From the IMG/VR virus record IMGVR_UViG_3300020048_000041: 63,462 nt of DNA; one strand, 5' to 3'. The translations under genes were made by a program, and so were the position numbers. The stretch comes from an uncultured virus (IMG/VR IMGVR_UViG_3300020048_000041). Lineage: Duplodnaviria; Heunggongvirae; Uroviricota; Caudoviricetes. Numbering within the stretch: position 1 is the stretch's first letter; each line of letters begins with the position of its first letter. This document shows, one piece after another, positions 62,095-63,462 of this stretch. The notes under the pieces were generated by a model, which was not told the origin of the DNA, did not search any database, and saw nothing but the letters and a program-made list of their open reading frames with translations.

Positions 62095-63069
62095 AATTTA
62101 TTACTCCAATTTTATTAAGGTTTAACTTCAAGATCTATTATACTACTATTTTATGAAAAGTAAAGCTTTATTTATTATCAGGAATTCCTACTAAATGACA
62201 ATGCTGGTTTCTTGGTAAATCTTTCTCGCATTCATTGATTAGTGTATTAATTTTATTGGCATTATAAAACGCGCCGAAGATAATGATTACAATCAAAATT
62301 GCAACTCCTATCAAACTCAAATCAGCGTGTTTATGTCCACTCATTATTTACACCCAGCATGATTATCAAGTTTATCTTTAGGGATAAAATTTAGTTTATG
62401 CTCACTGATACAATATTCATATTTATTTCCTCTCCAAGACACTTCAGCTTCACCGGCTAACTCCGCTTGCCCACGAGTATTGAAAACGCCAATCACATAA
62501 CTATGATTTTCACGGTCACCCCAACGTAAGGCTTCAACTACAAATAAAGAACCTTCCGCATATTGGGGTTCAAAGGCGGTGTATGTTTTATTTACTGAAG
62601 GAACAACAAATTCAGCAGTTTCCATTTTAATCTCCAAATATAATAGTTTCAGCGGCTTTTTCAGCGCGGATAATTTCAGATTTTATTTTTACTAGAGTGT
62701 CAAGGTTATTTTCTAAGGCAGCGGCAATTTTATGCTTAACCGGATCGCCACTTGCTTGATATTTATCTGCCAGTTTACATCTTTTTTTAATTGTTTCATC
62801 TAAAGTATCAAGCACAATTTTCATATTAGACTTTTTGAATCGTTTCATTTTTATTCGCCTGTTTCGCATTTTGCTGAGTAACCTAATAAACCGTCAACCA
62901 ACGCCTGTTCAATTTCTGGTTTATGCTGTTCAAGATAAAACTCACACTCAGCATAGGATTGAAATCCCATAGTAATTTTTTCTGGAGTGCCGTGGTCAAC
63001 TTGAGACGGTGTAAAATATAGTAAAAATGTTAAAACTATTGCTTCCATTATAATATCCTCAAATTAAAA

Positions 63070-63246
63070 TTAAAGAGTCACAACCATATAGCGCATACCG
63101 TAGTATGATTTTTCACCAGGAGTCAGCATTTTATTCCAGTCTTTTGCGCGTTCCTTTGCTTCTTCTTTAGTTTCAAAAATGAATAAGATATTATCTTTAC
63201 CACTTTTTGAACCGATACTGCCGCCTTTCAAATATATACCAAACAT
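63070..63246 (-). CDS. small early protein homologous to an internal module of 44555-45289
   Basis: GGSIGS...ETKEEAKE.AK..NK.L.PGEKSYYG..Y. Confidence 0.75.
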   Translation of the reverse strand: MFGIYLKGGSIGSKSGKDNILFIFETKEEAKERAKDWNKMLTPGEKSYYGMRYMVVTL

Positions 63247-63462
63247 ATCAAACACTCCAATTAATTCAAGGGATAACTTCATTAATATCTATTATACTCG
63301 GTTTTATAGAAAAGTAAAGCTTTATTTTTAATTATTTTTAAATTCTTGAAAATCCATTATTTTATTCCTTTCATTTTAACTCAGCGCCACGTTTGACGGA
63401 ATATCCGCCTTTACTTGGATCGCCCCAATCGTATGGTTTAAACTGTAAAGCATCTTTTACCA

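Noticed and set aside
15753..63282. MKLNLN/MKLSL/MRLS N-termini as a shared protein domain
   Set aside because: They are translations of the repeated promoter leaders; a GGAG RBS sits before the downstream ATG in nearly all cases. Kept only as a uORF hypothesis.
341..63325. Repeats of 34-60 bp as a CRISPR array
   Set aside because: They are dispersed, separated by whole genes, and contain -35/-10 boxes; there are no regular spacers or cas genes.
63371..63462. C-terminal end of a minus-strand gene (...PYDWGDPSKGGYSVKRGAELK)
   Set aside because: Too short to assign a function.

Overview
AT-rich segment of a large lytic T4-like myophage genome, coded mostly on the minus strand. Recognisable T4 core genes are gp41 helicase (with a mini-intein), uvsX, gp17 terminase, gp46/47, gp55, gp30 ligase, rnh, gp43 polymerase, dexA-like and cd. 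They are scattered out of T4 synteny among about 100 small early ORFs driven by roughly 40 repeated sigma70-like early promoters, many in terminator-promoter cassettes. Highlights: (1) a six-gene DNA hypermodification cluster (TET/JBP dioxygenase, aGPT-Pplase/amino-acid:DNA-transferase-like protein, GT-A glycosyltransferase, myo-inositol-1-phosphate synthase, HAD phosphatase, P-loop kinase) suggesting an inositol-bearing modified base; (2) a terminase fractured by an atypically split intein with a GIY-YIG gene between the halves; (3) a stand-alone C-terminal piece of UvsW with its own RBS-sequestering hairpin; (4) eight ORFs with T4 capsid-targeting-like N-termini, including J-domain and ART-like proteins; (5) a ~150-nt GC-rich structured RNA behind a perfect sigma70 promoter; (6) two dispersed families of conserved 5' leaders; (7) two paralogous GIY-YIG/NUMOD3 cassettes with a shared structured leader. 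No tRNA, rRNA, CRISPR array, integrase or reverse transcriptase was seen. All family calls come from motif recognition by eye, not database searches.
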